A DNA stretch of 64,000 nt, from the NCBI GenBank assembly GCA_050011875.1, contig JBEKIG010000005.1:70653-134652 (forward strand), written 5' to 3'. The translations under genes and the position numbers were made by a program. Source of the stretch: Nitrososphaeria archaeon. Lineage in GTDB: Archaea > Thermoproteota > Nitrososphaeria > JACIWG01. Under the pieces are notes generated by a model. The model did no database searches, was not told where the DNA came from, and saw nothing but the letters and a program-made list of their open reading frames with translations. Positions 1 through 10,355 of the stretch are shown one piece after another (within the stretch, counting starts at the first letter, position 1; every line of letters starts with the position of its first letter).

Positions 1-1121
1 TCAGCCTTGATGTAGAGAATGTAAATTTGACCCTTAACTCAGGTTCTCTCACGGTTACAGCCAACTATGAAGTCCAAGGCAATGGCACGAACAACATTCA
101 GATGCTCCTTTTCTCCTACCAGTCTTTCGAGGAGAGCAATAGGAGTCTGTATATATTTTATGACCCTGAATATATGACCAATGAAAGCTTGAATAGAGCA
201 GAAACCATTGTAAATTACTTTGAAGGCTATGGGATAGTCATAAATAAAGCAGACTACAATGACCTTGAACAGTTGGCTCAAAGAGAGGAGAATATAATTC
301 TAATTTTAGTAGACCCACTGAAGAGTAACAATGGGAATAGTCTTACGAACGCAATACCGGCTCCACTAGTGGACCCAAACAATACAGACAGTGGATACTT
401 ATCGAATGAATCGAAGTACGGTAGATCTTTTCTATATGATTGGATGAACGACAAAGGATTAGTTCTTGTTACAATCGGCTCCAGCGAACCATACAAGAGA
501 ATATTATACAGCGATGGGGTTTATACCTATGCCAAGGATTCAGTACAACCCTTTGACGCCGATAAATTCTTAACAAATTCGTCCGGTAAGGCAAGTATCA
601 TAAAAGGCGACTACATGATGAGCGATTACAATCCAGTGAGAATAGACGGCACATTGGGTTTATCCTATCGAGACTCATACTCTAAATTTGACAAAGATGC
701 GATGGCAATAGATGGTTTGGAATATTATGCCTATGGGGACTATAGTATGCCAAAATCGCAGGGTAATCTTAACCTCACTTTGCCCGTCTTCATCAAGGTT
801 GGCTCAGGCGGTTGGTTGGCAATGGGCGACGATGAATACTACCTATTAGATCAAAGCCTTGCCCACGACTTTTTCATGCTGTATTTGCAATCCGTATGGG
901 ATTCTTCTTGGATACCATTCGGCTTGTACTGGGATAGTGGAGGCACTTTCGTCACCAACAATTATGGAATAATAAAAATGAACGGAACATTAGAAACAGA
1001 AGCTATTCCATCAGCCTTGCTAGATAACGGAATCACCATAAGGATCATCGCCGTCGCCCAATCAACAGAACTCAACAAAGGGGTTGTGGTTGAGCAGACA
1101 TCTCAATATAATCTTCCATAA
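1..1121 (+). CDS. Hypothetical extracellular/cell-surface protein, C-terminal part (5'-truncated by window edge)
   Basis: Frame is open from the window start to TAA at 1121; N/S/Y/G-rich with many N-x-S/T sequons; no recognisable family. Confidence 0.6.
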   Translation, partial: SLDVENVNLTLNSGSLTVTANYEVQGNGTNNIQMLLFSYQSFEESNRSLYIFYDPEYMTNESLNRAETIVNYFEGYGIVINKADYNDLEQLAQREENIILILVDPLKSNNGNSLTNAIPAPLVDPNNTDSGYLSNESKYGRSFLYDWMNDKGLVLVTIGSSEPYKRILYSDGVYTYAKDSVQPFDADKFLTNSSGKASIIKGDYMMSDYNPVRIDGTLGLSYRDSYSKFDKDAMAIDGLEYYAYGDYSMPKSQGNLNLTLPVFIKVGSGGWLAMGDDEYYLLDQSLAHDFFMLYLQSVWDSSWIPFGLYWDSGGTFVTNNYGIIKMNGTLETEAIPSALLDNGITIRIIAVAQSTELNKGVVVEQTSQYNLP

Positions 1122-1214
1122 GGGTACAATTATACATCGATGAACCTGCACACAATCAGCCAAGAATCAGATCCCCTATTTGGATTTGAAGGGAATACTA
1201 CGATTTGATTGCTC

Positions 1215-2312
1215 TCAATTCAGGGTGTCGTTTATCAGTTTCTCCCAACTGTCTGCTATAACTCTACTACCAAACGAGGCAGCTCTTTTGACACATTCAG
1301 AGCTCATACTGACAGGATAACCTTCCTTCCAAACTCGTAGGCCTTTTTGGACGATCTCCTTTTCATCTCTGCATAGCCAGCCTGTCACACCGTTCAGTAC
1401 GCTCTCTCTTGGTCCTTGTCTGTCATAGGTGAGCACGGGTGTACCACAGGCCATGCTTTCTATTGGCACGTAGCCGAATACTTCATCTGTAAACGGAAAG
1501 ACTGTGAATAGAGCATTAGAGTACAGGCTGAGGAGCTCTGGCGAGCTCACTCTGCCAACCAACTCTATATTAGGGTGTTCCAAGATATCGTGCTCTAAGC
1601 TCTTAATCTTGCTTCCGAACATCTTTATTCTTATTCCTGCTTCGGCAAGTTTTCTGAGCGTGCTCGCTTCTGTCTCCTTTCCAAGATACGAAATCGCGTA
1701 GTCCCTGCTCGGCCTTCTAGCAGTTGGTCTGAAGAGATCCAAGTCTAAGGGAGGATATATTACGGCGTCAACCCTGAGATTCGCGTTCCTGTAAGAATCG
1801 AAGCAGTAATTTGAATTCGCAACCACAAACTTTGATTTGTTTATCTCTTTAATGAACTTGCTATCACCCCATTGTAGAACTGGTTTACAAAGGGCATATG
1901 CTAGCTTTAAGCTAGGAGAGAAGCTGGAAGAAATATTTCCGACAGTAGTCGTTACTGTGCCTGATAAATACCACAAGTCCGAAGTCTTAAGTATTGTACC
2001 GGAAAAATTGATTAGGCATTCACCCTTTAGAGATCTTTCCTCGACCGATCTTCTATTGGAGCCCAGAAACGCCTCCTTAAGCCAAGTCTCTATCCAAACA
2101 TAGGAGCTCGACTTACTCCTTGTCCTCTTTCCTAAGCTAACTGCTTCTACACCACCAATATCAAGCATTCCTTCTATTTCTTTCGAAATAAGTGGAGACA
2201 CTAAGCTTACTTCGTATCCTTTTTTCTGAAGCTCGAGACCGATGAGTATCGGAGGCCTCGATGGTCCATAATCGTCTAATAAAGGATCCGATAATAGGAT
2301 GAGCCTTGGCAA
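1215..2312 (-). CDS. Glycosyltransferase family 4 (GT-B)
   Basis: EVFGYVPIESMACGTPV (E-x7-E) motif. Confidence 0.9.
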   Translation of the reverse strand: MPRLILLSDPLLDDYGPSRPPILIGLELQKKGYEVSLVSPLISKEIEGMLDIGGVEAVSLGKRTRSKSSSYVWIETWLKEAFLGSNRRSVEERSLKGECLINFSGTILKTSDLWYLSGTVTTTVGNISSSFSPSLKLAYALCKPVLQWGDSKFIKEINKSKFVVANSNYCFDSYRNANLRVDAVIYPPLDLDLFRPTARRPSRDYAISYLGKETEASTLRKLAEAGIRIKMFGSKIKSLEHDILEHPNIELVGRVSSPELLSLYSNALFTVFPFTDEVFGYVPIESMACGTPVLTYDRQGPRESVLNGVTGWLCRDEKEIVQKGLRVWKEGYPVSMSSECVKRAASFGSRVIADSWEKLINDTLN

Positions 2313-2470
2313 TTAGTATCTCCCGACACATTGAATTATTACTTCAACTTAATAAGATTTTATTTTAAATCTCATAAGAAATTAAGATTATTATTGAAAG
2401 TGTTACAAAGCTAAAGAAGAGTAAAAGTAATCAAAGAGCTCGAACTTTGTACGAATCCTGTTAAGAAAGT

Positions 2471-3493
2471 CTAGATCAAATCTTCGTAGACTTCTATATA
2501 TTTCTTGGCGACATTTTGCCAACCATATTTTTCTGCCAACACCTTCCCTTTGATTACATATTCGTCTCTTGTTGATTTATTTCTTAAAGCTAGTAGGGCA
2601 TCCCTAATCCCGCCTGAATCCCTAGGCTTAACCAAAACACCGAATTCTCCGACCACATCCCTGAGGCCTGGAAGATCTGATGCGACCACAGCACATCCTG
2701 CGGCGGCTGCTTCAAGCGTAACAAGGCCAAAGGCCTCATTTACACTGACGCTAGGCAGTACTAGTACATCACTACTGAGATACATCTGTCCTAGTACTTC
2801 ATCTGATACTGCACCATAGAAGTGGATATTATTCAGCTCATGTTTCTTCACATAACTTTCGTAGTTTATCCTATCGGGTCCGTCACCGATCACATTTAGT
2901 TCTCCCTCCACACCCGTCATAGAATCTAAAAGCACTTTAAGACCTTTGTAGGGCCTCATCTGACCCACGAACAGGATCCTATAATTTTGATGCCGCTTCC
3001 TACTGCCGGAGAACATGTTAAAATCCACTCCCCATGGAATAAGATATTTTCTCGGATTGCTTCGCACCATATCATAGTATGATCTGGACGTAACTACAAC
3101 CGCGTCAGAAAACTTCAGCATAATGTTGTTTGAAAGACTGTTATATAGCAAGCCTATAGGTTTAAGGTAATAGTCTACAAGACAGTGAAGTGTGTAAACA
3201 ATTTTCTTATTTGATGCCCTTGACTTTAGGAACAGAACATCGGAGAACATTGGAGTATGGCCATGGATATTTATAATATCATAATCGCCCTTTATGTAAC
3301 TATCTAAACTGCGTGTACTTGTGACAAATTTCATCTCACCAATCATTTTACACCCACAATCTTGTGCTGAAGCGACAGTTACATCGTGTCCATTCTTCAT
3401 GAGCTCTTCGGTAAGCCTGCTTATTGCCCTTGAGAAACCACTTTTTACGGGTGGCTTTTCACTAATCAAATGGAGTATTTTCAACCGTCTCAC
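2471..3493 (-). CDS. Glycosyltransferase family 4 (GT-B)
   Basis: FVGQMRPYKG and EAFGLVTLEAAAAG motifs. Confidence 0.92.
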   Translation of the reverse strand: MRRLKILHLISEKPPVKSGFSRAISRLTEELMKNGHDVTVASAQDCGCKMIGEMKFVTSTRSLDSYIKGDYDIINIHGHTPMFSDVLFLKSRASNKKIVYTLHCLVDYYLKPIGLLYNSLSNNIMLKFSDAVVVTSRSYYDMVRSNPRKYLIPWGVDFNMFSGSRKRHQNYRILFVGQMRPYKGLKVLLDSMTGVEGELNVIGDGPDRINYESYVKKHELNNIHFYGAVSDEVLGQMYLSSDVLVLPSVSVNEAFGLVTLEAAAAGCAVVASDLPGLRDVVGEFGVLVKPRDSGGIRDALLALRNKSTRDEYVIKGKVLAEKYGWQNVAKKYIEVYEDLI

Positions 3494-3656
3494 CTTAAGC
3501 TACCATTCACTAGTAATTATTGTTGTCGTATATAGATTTTTATCTAAAATTAAATTTACAATTCATTATTGTTAAAGCAAATTGTAAATTATATGTTTAC
3601 AGTTGTATCAATGATGATCAGTTGTTATTGGTGGCATCCTGAGTAGGTTAGAAGAG

Positions 3657-3929
3657 CCGTCAAGAAGATTTTGGTCAAATGGTAAAAGTCCTCTGTCAAA
3701 GTCGTCAAATAGAGGGACTTGTTCGCAACTTTTTAGTGCAAAAAGGCGATAATTAGCATCAATTATGTGCTGCGCACCTAAAATAGCCTTTTGCCTGGGG
3801 GCCTCTCCAAGGCCCTTTTCTACGTCGCATGTGTACATTTTTTGCCCAATTTTTGCTTTTTTTGACGGGTTTGACGGATCATTGTTTTCCCATTTGACGG
3901 ATCTGATGGGCTGTTTGACGCATTTGACG
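3657..3929. repeat. Cluster of TTTGACG heptamers in 9-bp-spaced pairs, both orientations
   Basis: TTTGACG at 3861, 3870, 3893, 3914, 3923; degenerate TCTGATG at 3902; reverse copies at 3694 and 3703, partial at 3657 and 3673. Confidence 0.75.
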
Positions 3930-4238
3930 AACGCTTATATCGTGGTGGTACCTAAAATTGAAGCCATGAAATATGAGCCATTAAAATATGAAGTGATTCC
4001 TGGTAAAATGGAATCAAAACATCCTCCAGAAAAATCGAACAAGCAGGGCAATAAAGAAGGAAAGGATTAAAAGAAAAAATACGCATAACAGTTATAATTC
4101 TATTAATGGCTTCTAACGTTTTTCCTTATTAAAATTTTAATTACCCAGCTACCCTATTTTTTTAGCGCATAAATTATCACTACAGGAGAATTAAGATTCC
4201 AAAGAGTTTATAACATCAACATCCCACCGTCTTCACAG

Positions 4239-5279
4239 ATGAATCTGGGATTCAATACAACGTTTGTAAGGCAAACCATTGGGATCAGTTATGGAGTGCT
4301 TTGTTTTATCCTCTACTATTCTGGAATATATTATATTATAGAGTATTTAAGACGTCACACGCCTGTGATACTAATGTATCATAGTGTAAACATTCACGAT
4401 TTTCCTTACATATATCAGGATAATATTGTGGGGGTTGAAAATTTTGAGAGGCAAATGGTTTACCTTTCAAGCAGAAAGAGAATAATCAGCCTTTCTGAGC
4501 TAGCAAAATACCTTGAGCATAATAACCAGTTTCCCCCAAATGTGGCAGTTATAACTTTTGATGACGGTTACTATGATTTTTACGCCAACGCGCACTCGGT
4601 TCTCAAGAAGCATAAGATATCTAGCACCATCTTCCCGATTACAAAGCTTCTCGATACAGGGGAGCTAAAATGGGAAGATATGCTCACCTACCTTGTAAAT
4701 GCAACAAAGGTTGAATCTCTCTCCTTATACGCCAAAGGAAAAGTTACAAATTATAACCTAACTTCTCCAAGCCATAAGCAGAGTTGTATAAGGAAGATGG
4801 ACTCTACACTCTTAAAGATGAATGAGTTTGAAAGAGCCGCGTGTTTTTCTAAGATTAAAGAGCAGCTTAAAGTGTCATCTAAACCTTCAGATCATGTAAT
4901 GTTAGGCTGGAACGAAATTCAGGAACTTCAAAAGGAAGGCTTTGTATCATTTGGCTCCCACACACATAGCCACGTTGACCTTGCCGTTCTAAACCCTAAA
5001 ATGGCTGAGCTCGAAATCTCCCAATCAAAGCAGGAAATTGAAAATTTCCTCAGTATACCTTGTACACTTTTCAGTTACCCCTTCGGGAAAAGGCATAACT
5101 TTAATCAAGGGATTAAGAACTGTCTTAGGGATATGGGTTTCTCGGCAGCTGTTACCACAATTAGAGGAAGCGTTTCAAAAGGTTCCGACCCATTTGAGTT
5201 AAAACGGATCGCTGCTATTGATGAGTCCTCGTACAGATTCAAATGCTCTCTAATAGGGATTGCACTTCAAAGGAGGTAA
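4239..5279 (+). CDS. Polysaccharide deacetylase (CE4/NodB family)
   Basis: ILMYH, TFDDGY, GSHTHSH and FSYPFG motifs; N-terminal hydrophobic segment. Confidence 0.92.
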   Translation: MNLGFNTTFVRQTIGISYGVLCFILYYSGIYYIIEYLRRHTPVILMYHSVNIHDFPYIYQDNIVGVENFERQMVYLSSRKRIISLSELAKYLEHNNQFPPNVAVITFDDGYYDFYANAHSVLKKHKISSTIFPITKLLDTGELKWEDMLTYLVNATKVESLSLYAKGKVTNYNLTSPSHKQSCIRKMDSTLLKMNEFERAACFSKIKEQLKVSSKPSDHVMLGWNEIQELQKEGFVSFGSHTHSHVDLAVLNPKMAELEISQSKQEIENFLSIPCTLFSYPFGKRHNFNQGIKNCLRDMGFSAAVTTIRGSVSKGSDPFELKRIAAIDESSYRFKCSLIGIALQRR

Positions 5280-5290
5280 GGTGATAGTTA

Positions 5291-6103
5291 CTGGTTCAGA
5301 GCAAAAGGATCGCCGCAGACTACTTCGACGAAAAGTCTGCGATTTACTTTGACGAAAACTATAGGAAGGTTGATAAGAAGTATCCGATTCTCTACCTCCG
5401 CCATAATTGCATCCTCAACATGCTCGACAATCGCATAGGGCGAGCATTGGATGTAGGCTGCGGCTCTGGAGCTATGCTCGTCACACTTTCCCAGAGAGGA
5501 TATGATACCGTCGGTGCAGACATATCTTATGCCATGGTCAGAAAGGCCAAAGAGCTCGCTTTCAAGTTAAGGACTCCAGAATCTCTTATGTGCGTTGCCG
5601 ATATCGAGGAATTACCCTTTAAACAGGAATCATTTGACCTGGTTGTCTGCGCCGGGGTTATAGAGTATTTGGATAAAGATGTTACATCGCTAACGGAGCT
5701 TTCGAGGGTACTCAAGCCAAACGGGACAGTCCTCATAACGGTCACGAATGCTGTGACCCCCTTTTGGCTTCTTGAAAGCGCGTTAAAGGTCATGGGGCTT
5801 TGGAGCGCGGTGGTTACATCAGCGAAGGGAGGAGCACAGTTTCCAAAAGCTAGAGTTCATATCCCATCAGCCTTAATTCGGATGGCTAAAAAGGTGGATC
5901 TCATAGAGGTTGATCGCGCCTATTTCCACTTTACACCCCTTCCTTCTCCTTTGAATCTGATCTTTGTCAACTTATGCAGGCGAATTGGGCTAGGAATGGA
6001 GCATCTCTCGAAGACTTCGCTAGGTTTCATTGGCAGAGGATGTATAATGAAGTTTACAAAAAGAACTGTGAAAGAAGATAGGCCTATCAGTGTATCGAGC
6101 TGA
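5291..6103 (+). CDS. Class I SAM-dependent methyltransferase (probable CTG start at 5291; first ATG 5420)
   Basis: ALDVGCGSG and FDLVVC motifs; frame open upstream of 5420 to TAG at 5285; GGTGA SD-like sequence just before CTG 5291. Confidence 0.85.
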   Translation: MVQSKRIAADYFDEKSAIYFDENYRKVDKKYPILYLRHNCILNMLDNRIGRALDVGCGSGAMLVTLSQRGYDTVGADISYAMVRKAKELAFKLRTPESLMCVADIEELPFKQESFDLVVCAGVIEYLDKDVTSLTELSRVLKPNGTVLITVTNAVTPFWLLESALKVMGLWSAVVTSAKGGAQFPKARVHIPSALIRMAKKVDLIEVDRAYFHFTPLPSPLNLIFVNLCRRIGLGMEHLSKTSLGFIGRGCIMKFTKRTVKEDRPISVSS

Positions 6104-6401
6104 AAAAGTGAGAATATAGATATCTTTTAATTGTTAATGTAATTACAGGGTCACCCTCTCACCCTTAAGGTGTTTGAGAATGTAGCCAACACACATTTGC
6201 CACTTCATAGCACATTCCTAAGATTGGTAGTTTCAGCCAAAACCTCAAGGACCCATGATAATAGTCACCTGCCATGAGATTAGAAGAGAATCCATGAACC
6301 CTCAGTTAAGCATTATATATTTGGTTGAAAAATAACATAAAGAAATTTAAAAGAGAAATGGGAAAAGTTTAACAGAGGTCTAAAATTACTCCTTATAGTG
6401 G

Positions 6402-7430
6402 ATGACTTCGCAGAATTCTGTCGGAAAGAGGCCTAAGGCGATACTTTTGTATTCAGGAGGGCTTGACAGCTCCATTGTACTCTATTTTCTCCTTTCGATA
6501 GGGGTTGATGTCGTGCCTGTGACGTTTACCACACCGTTCTGTAACTATGACCTGAATGGTGACGCTTACGCGAGTGTTGTCGCGAATGTCAAAAAATTGG
6601 GGTTGAACGTGAGAAACGTAGACCTCGGAAACGAATATCTTGGTTTACTGCGTTCTCCTAAGCACGGTTTTGGAAGCGCAGCTAATCCATGTATAGACTG
6701 CCGCATACTGATGCTTAAACGTGCAAAGAAGGTCCTTGAGGCTGAATGTGCAGATTTCATCGCAACAGGAGAGGTAATGGGCCAGAGGCCCTTCTCCCAA
6801 AGCCGAGAAAAATTCGAATTAATAGACAGGGAAGCTGGTGTTGAGGGGTTGGTGGTTAGACCACTCTCAGGCAAATTTCTACCAGAAACACTTGCCTGCA
6901 AGAAAGGATTGATCGCCAAAGAGGATTTGTTTGAGATCAAAGGGAAGACAAGAACTTCTCAGATCCAGTTAGCTAGGGAATTGAATATTGAAAAATATGC
7001 TGCTCCAGCTGGAGGATGTCTTCTAACTGAACCAGCCTTCGGAAAACGATTCAAGGACCTAAAGAAGTTCAAACCGGATTTTTCGATGGAGGACGTGATT
7101 CTATTGCGTTTTGGAAGACACTTCCGAATCGACGAGAAAAATAAGATAATCGTTTGCAGGCATCAAGTCGAAAATGAAACCATACGCAACTATCTTTCTG
7201 AACATGACGTATTATTTGAAGTATTGGACAACATCGGTCCACTTTGCGTGTACTTCGGAGACCTAACCCACGATTCAATGAAGAAAGCTGCAACGTACGC
7301 TGTGTCCTATTCTAAGGCACCCAAAGATAGGCCATCAAATGTGAAGTTTTCGAATTTAAGGGGGACGTTAATGGAGATACTTGTAGCATCCCCTATGTCG
7401 ATGGAAGAGATGCATAAAAAAATGGTTTAA
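6402..7430 (+). CDS. ThiI/MnmA-like PP-loop tRNA sulfurtransferase with C-terminal RNA-binding (DUF814-like) region
   Basis: SGGLDS PP-loop, NPCIDCR, TGEVMGQRP, PAGGCLLT and GRHFRI motifs. Confidence 0.8.
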   Translation: MTSQNSVGKRPKAILLYSGGLDSSIVLYFLLSIGVDVVPVTFTTPFCNYDLNGDAYASVVANVKKLGLNVRNVDLGNEYLGLLRSPKHGFGSAANPCIDCRILMLKRAKKVLEAECADFIATGEVMGQRPFSQSREKFELIDREAGVEGLVVRPLSGKFLPETLACKKGLIAKEDLFEIKGKTRTSQIQLARELNIEKYAAPAGGCLLTEPAFGKRFKDLKKFKPDFSMEDVILLRFGRHFRIDEKNKIIVCRHQVENETIRNYLSEHDVLFEVLDNIGPLCVYFGDLTHDSMKKAATYAVSYSKAPKDRPSNVKFSNLRGTLMEILVASPMSMEEMHKKMV

Positions 7431-7602
7431 AAGCTTGATGGTTAAATTCAACATTCAAGATTATTTTATTCAACGTGAAAAATTTATGAACAAAGCAATA
7501 TTTGACGAAACAGTAAATATAATCCGGTGATGAAACTTTTACATTTTGAGAAGTCATAAGGCTTAAATAGCTAACTTAGGGGGCACCTCATAGTAATAAT
7601 TT

Positions 7603-9048
7603 ATGCAGTACAGGTGGACGGTTCTTACGGTCACAACAGTAGGTGTTCTGATGTCGGGAATCGACTCTAGGATACTTATAGTTGGTCTCCCAACAGTGGC
7701 CGCGGCTTTAGGCGCCGACGCGGAAGAGGCGATATGGTTCACTCAGTCTTACGTCCTCGCCAGCACCATCGTGCTTCTGCTGATCGGACGCCTCACCGAT
7801 ATAGTTGGGCGGGTTAAAATCTACAACATAGGATTTGTAATCTTTACAATAGGTTCTGCGCTTACCAGTATATCGGCTTCTCCTCTTCAAGTGATAATTT
7901 TCAGAAGCGTGCAGGGGTTGGGCTCCGCGTTCCTTTTCACGAACAGCGTGGCTCTGATAGCCGACGCCACGTCGAGAAAAGAGCTTGGCCTATCTCTGGG
8001 CATAAACCAGGTCGCGTTCAGGTTCGGGGCTATGGCTGGGCTGACGCTCAGCGGTGCCATTTTGTCTATCATAGACTGGAGGGCTCTCTTCTACATCAAC
8101 ATACCTGTTGGAATCTTTGGAACCTACTGGGCTCATAAGAGGTTAAAGGAGATCGCTCAGACGGAGAAGGGTTCCCACTTTGACCTAGTAGGTTTCATCC
8201 TTTTCACCTTTTCCCTTCTTGGCTTATTATTGGCGTTAACCTTCGACGCATACGGCTTCACTGAGCTTTTTACCGTAATCGGCTTGACTCTGGCGTCTGT
8301 CGTCTCCTTCACCGTCTTTATCTTTTACGAAAGAAGGATCAGATATCCCGTATTAGATTTTAAGCTTTTCAAGATAAAAGAGTTCACGGGCGGCTGTGTT
8401 GCACAACTGTTGAACGCTGTTGCCTGGGGAGGAGTGATGCTTCTGCTTAGCCTGTACCTAGAACTTGTCCAAGGCTACAGTGCATTAGATGCCGGCATCA
8501 GACTCATACCCTTCGAAGTAGCGTTCCTGATCTTTGGACCTATAAGTGGAAGGTATTCTGATAGGATCGGGCAGAGACCTTTCGTTATATCAGGATTAGC
8601 TGTGTCAAGTCTATCACTCTTTCTCCTCTCCACGACCGGTGTTAATACGCCCTACAGTAGCCTCGTGGTCTATATGTCGATCCTCGGCGCTGGCACAGGG
8701 ATGTTTTCTTCACCTAACATGAGCGCTGTAATGGGTTCGGTTCCTGCAAGGCAAAGAGGGGTTGGTTCTGCGATTAGAGCCCTATTCTTCAACATAGGTT
8801 CCGTGATCAGCTTGAACCTTGCAATAATCATAATGGCCGCAACAGTTCCCTACTCATTGATATCGTCTATAATTTCGTCAATTAGTGCTTCCCTACCGAC
8901 AGCTGACAGGGTGCTCTTCGCCAACGCCCTTAGCCAGACGTATCTTTGGATGGGCGTGGTCAACACAACTGCACTCGTCCCCTCGCTATTATGGCGTAAA
9001 AGTTCCAAGATCCAAGAGACAAAGCAGGTCGGAGACTTCTATGAATGA
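7603..9048 (+). CDS. MFS transporter, 14-TMS DHA2/EmrB-like
   Basis: GRLTDIVGR motif A, WRALFYINIPVG motif, about 14 hydrophobic segments. Confidence 0.92.
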   Translation: MQYRWTVLTVTTVGVLMSGIDSRILIVGLPTVAAALGADAEEAIWFTQSYVLASTIVLLLIGRLTDIVGRVKIYNIGFVIFTIGSALTSISASPLQVIIFRSVQGLGSAFLFTNSVALIADATSRKELGLSLGINQVAFRFGAMAGLTLSGAILSIIDWRALFYINIPVGIFGTYWAHKRLKEIAQTEKGSHFDLVGFILFTFSLLGLLLALTFDAYGFTELFTVIGLTLASVVSFTVFIFYERRIRYPVLDFKLFKIKEFTGGCVAQLLNAVAWGGVMLLLSLYLELVQGYSALDAGIRLIPFEVAFLIFGPISGRYSDRIGQRPFVISGLAVSSLSLFLLSTTGVNTPYSSLVVYMSILGAGTGMFSSPNMSAVMGSVPARQRGVGSAIRALFFNIGSVISLNLAIIIMAATVPYSLISSIISSISASLPTADRVLFANALSQTYLWMGVVNTTALVPSLLWRKSSKIQETKQVGDFYE

Positions 9049-9127
9049 TAGATCCTTCACTTTTTATCCGATAATATAACAAATTTTAAATACGCTTTTC
9101 AAGTCTTCCTATTCGGGAGCCTGAAAA

Positions 9128-9463
9128 TTGAGTTTATTCATCGGCTATATCTTCGTGGTCACCCTTTTAGTGGCCGCCATCATTTTCTGGATAGGCTCCA
9201 AGATTTCACCCAAAACGGAGCCGTCCGAGAATAAGATGCTTCCCTACGCAGGAGGTGAAAGAGTTGAACACGAACTTGTACCCGTCAGCATCAGGATATT
9301 CGATTACGCTCTGCTCTTTATAATTTTCGAGGTTATATCGCTACTGCTTCTCTTCTCTTTAGGCCCATTCGAAGGAACCCCTGATCTGATAAGTAAGGTA
9401 GGCGTAATAATATATGTCGGCGTCGTCTCACTCGCGTTCTACGTTTTTGCTAGGAGGGTATAG
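9128..9463 (+). CDS. nuoA: NuoA-like membrane subunit of hydrogenase complex
   Basis: PYAGGE and FIIFEV motifs; three TM segments; first gene of operon. Confidence 0.8.
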   Translation: MSLFIGYIFVVTLLVAAIIFWIGSKISPKTEPSENKMLPYAGGERVEHELVPVSIRIFDYALLFIIFEVISLLLLFSLGPFEGTPDLISKVGVIIYVGVVSLAFYVFARRV

Positions 9464-9465
9464 TC

Positions 9466-9891
9466 ATGGGTTTGGTGAGCTGGTGTAGAAAGAAAAGCCC
9501 TTGGGTAACACACTTTTGCACGGGGTCCTGTAATGCTTGCGATATCGAGATACTCGCGTGCCTTACGCCTCGCTACGATGTCGAACGCTTTGGTGCGGTT
9601 TTAAAAGGCAGTGCGAGGCATTCCGACATACTTCTTGTCACAGGTCCCTGCACCCTTCAGGTGCGCGATCGTCTGATTCGTGTATACGAGCAGATGCCTG
9701 AACCCAAGTATGTCGTCGCAGTGGGAACGTGTGCGATAAGCAGTGGCGTCTATCGCAACGGCTACAACGTCTACCCCGGAGTGGATTCCATTATACCGGT
9801 TTCTGCATATATTTCAGGATGCCCCGTTAAGCCGGAAAACATTCTAAATGGACTAGTGTTTTTGCTGAAGAAGATAGGTGAAGGTAAATGA
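9466..9891 (+). CDS. Group 4 [NiFe]-hydrogenase small subunit (NuoB-like)
   Basis: GSCNACDIE, VGTCA and GCP Fe-S ligands. Confidence 0.92.
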   Translation: MGLVSWCRKKSPWVTHFCTGSCNACDIEILACLTPRYDVERFGAVLKGSARHSDILLVTGPCTLQVRDRLIRVYEQMPEPKYVVAVGTCAISSGVYRNGYNVYPGVDSIIPVSAYISGCPVKPENILNGLVFLLKKIGEGK

Positions 9892-10355
9892 GCTCAGAGG
9901 AAGAGGTCTTTAACGAGCTTAAAAATGCCTTCGGTGAAAAGTTACTTGATCATAAAGTTCAGAAGAGAAGGGTCTTCATTCAGGTTTCTAATGATGTGTA
10001 CAAGGATGTTGTGAAGTTTCTTGTCAACAGCAAGGGGATATACCACCTTGAGATGATGACTGGCACCGAGCTTAAGGATGGTATAGAGGTCATGGCCCAT
10101 ATGGGTTTAGACACTTCAATATCGATTCGGACGACGGTTAGCAAGGATGAACCCAAGCTACCGTCTATATGCGATGTGACAGTCGGCGCCGAATTCTACG
10201 AGCGCGAAATTCACGACCTTCTAGGCGTGACCTTCGAAGGACACCCCAACCCTGTTCGTTTTGTCCTATCTAGTGAATGGCCTGAAAATGTTCATCCTCT
10301 GAGAAAGAGTTATGTAACCAAACATAACGCTCCTCTACGTGAGGGTGTGGAATAA
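9888..10355 (+). CDS. NuoC-like subunit
   Basis: YEREIHDLLGVTFEGHP...HPLRK signature. Confidence 0.9.
   Translation: MSSEEEVFNELKNAFGEKLLDHKVQKRRVFIQVSNDVYKDVVKFLVNSKGIYHLEMMTGTELKDGIEVMAHMGLDTSISIRTTVSKDEPKLPSICDVTVGAEFYEREIHDLLGVTFEGHPNPVRFVLSSEWPENVHPLRKSYVTKHNAPLREGVE

Noticed and set aside
3855-3930. Possible CRISPR array
   Set aside because: Repeats are only 7 bp with 2-16 bp gaps; no 25-40-bp repeat/spacer structure and no cas genes
3765-4070. 101-aa ORF
   Set aside because: Runs through the heptamer array and has no recognisable domain; not supported as a gene
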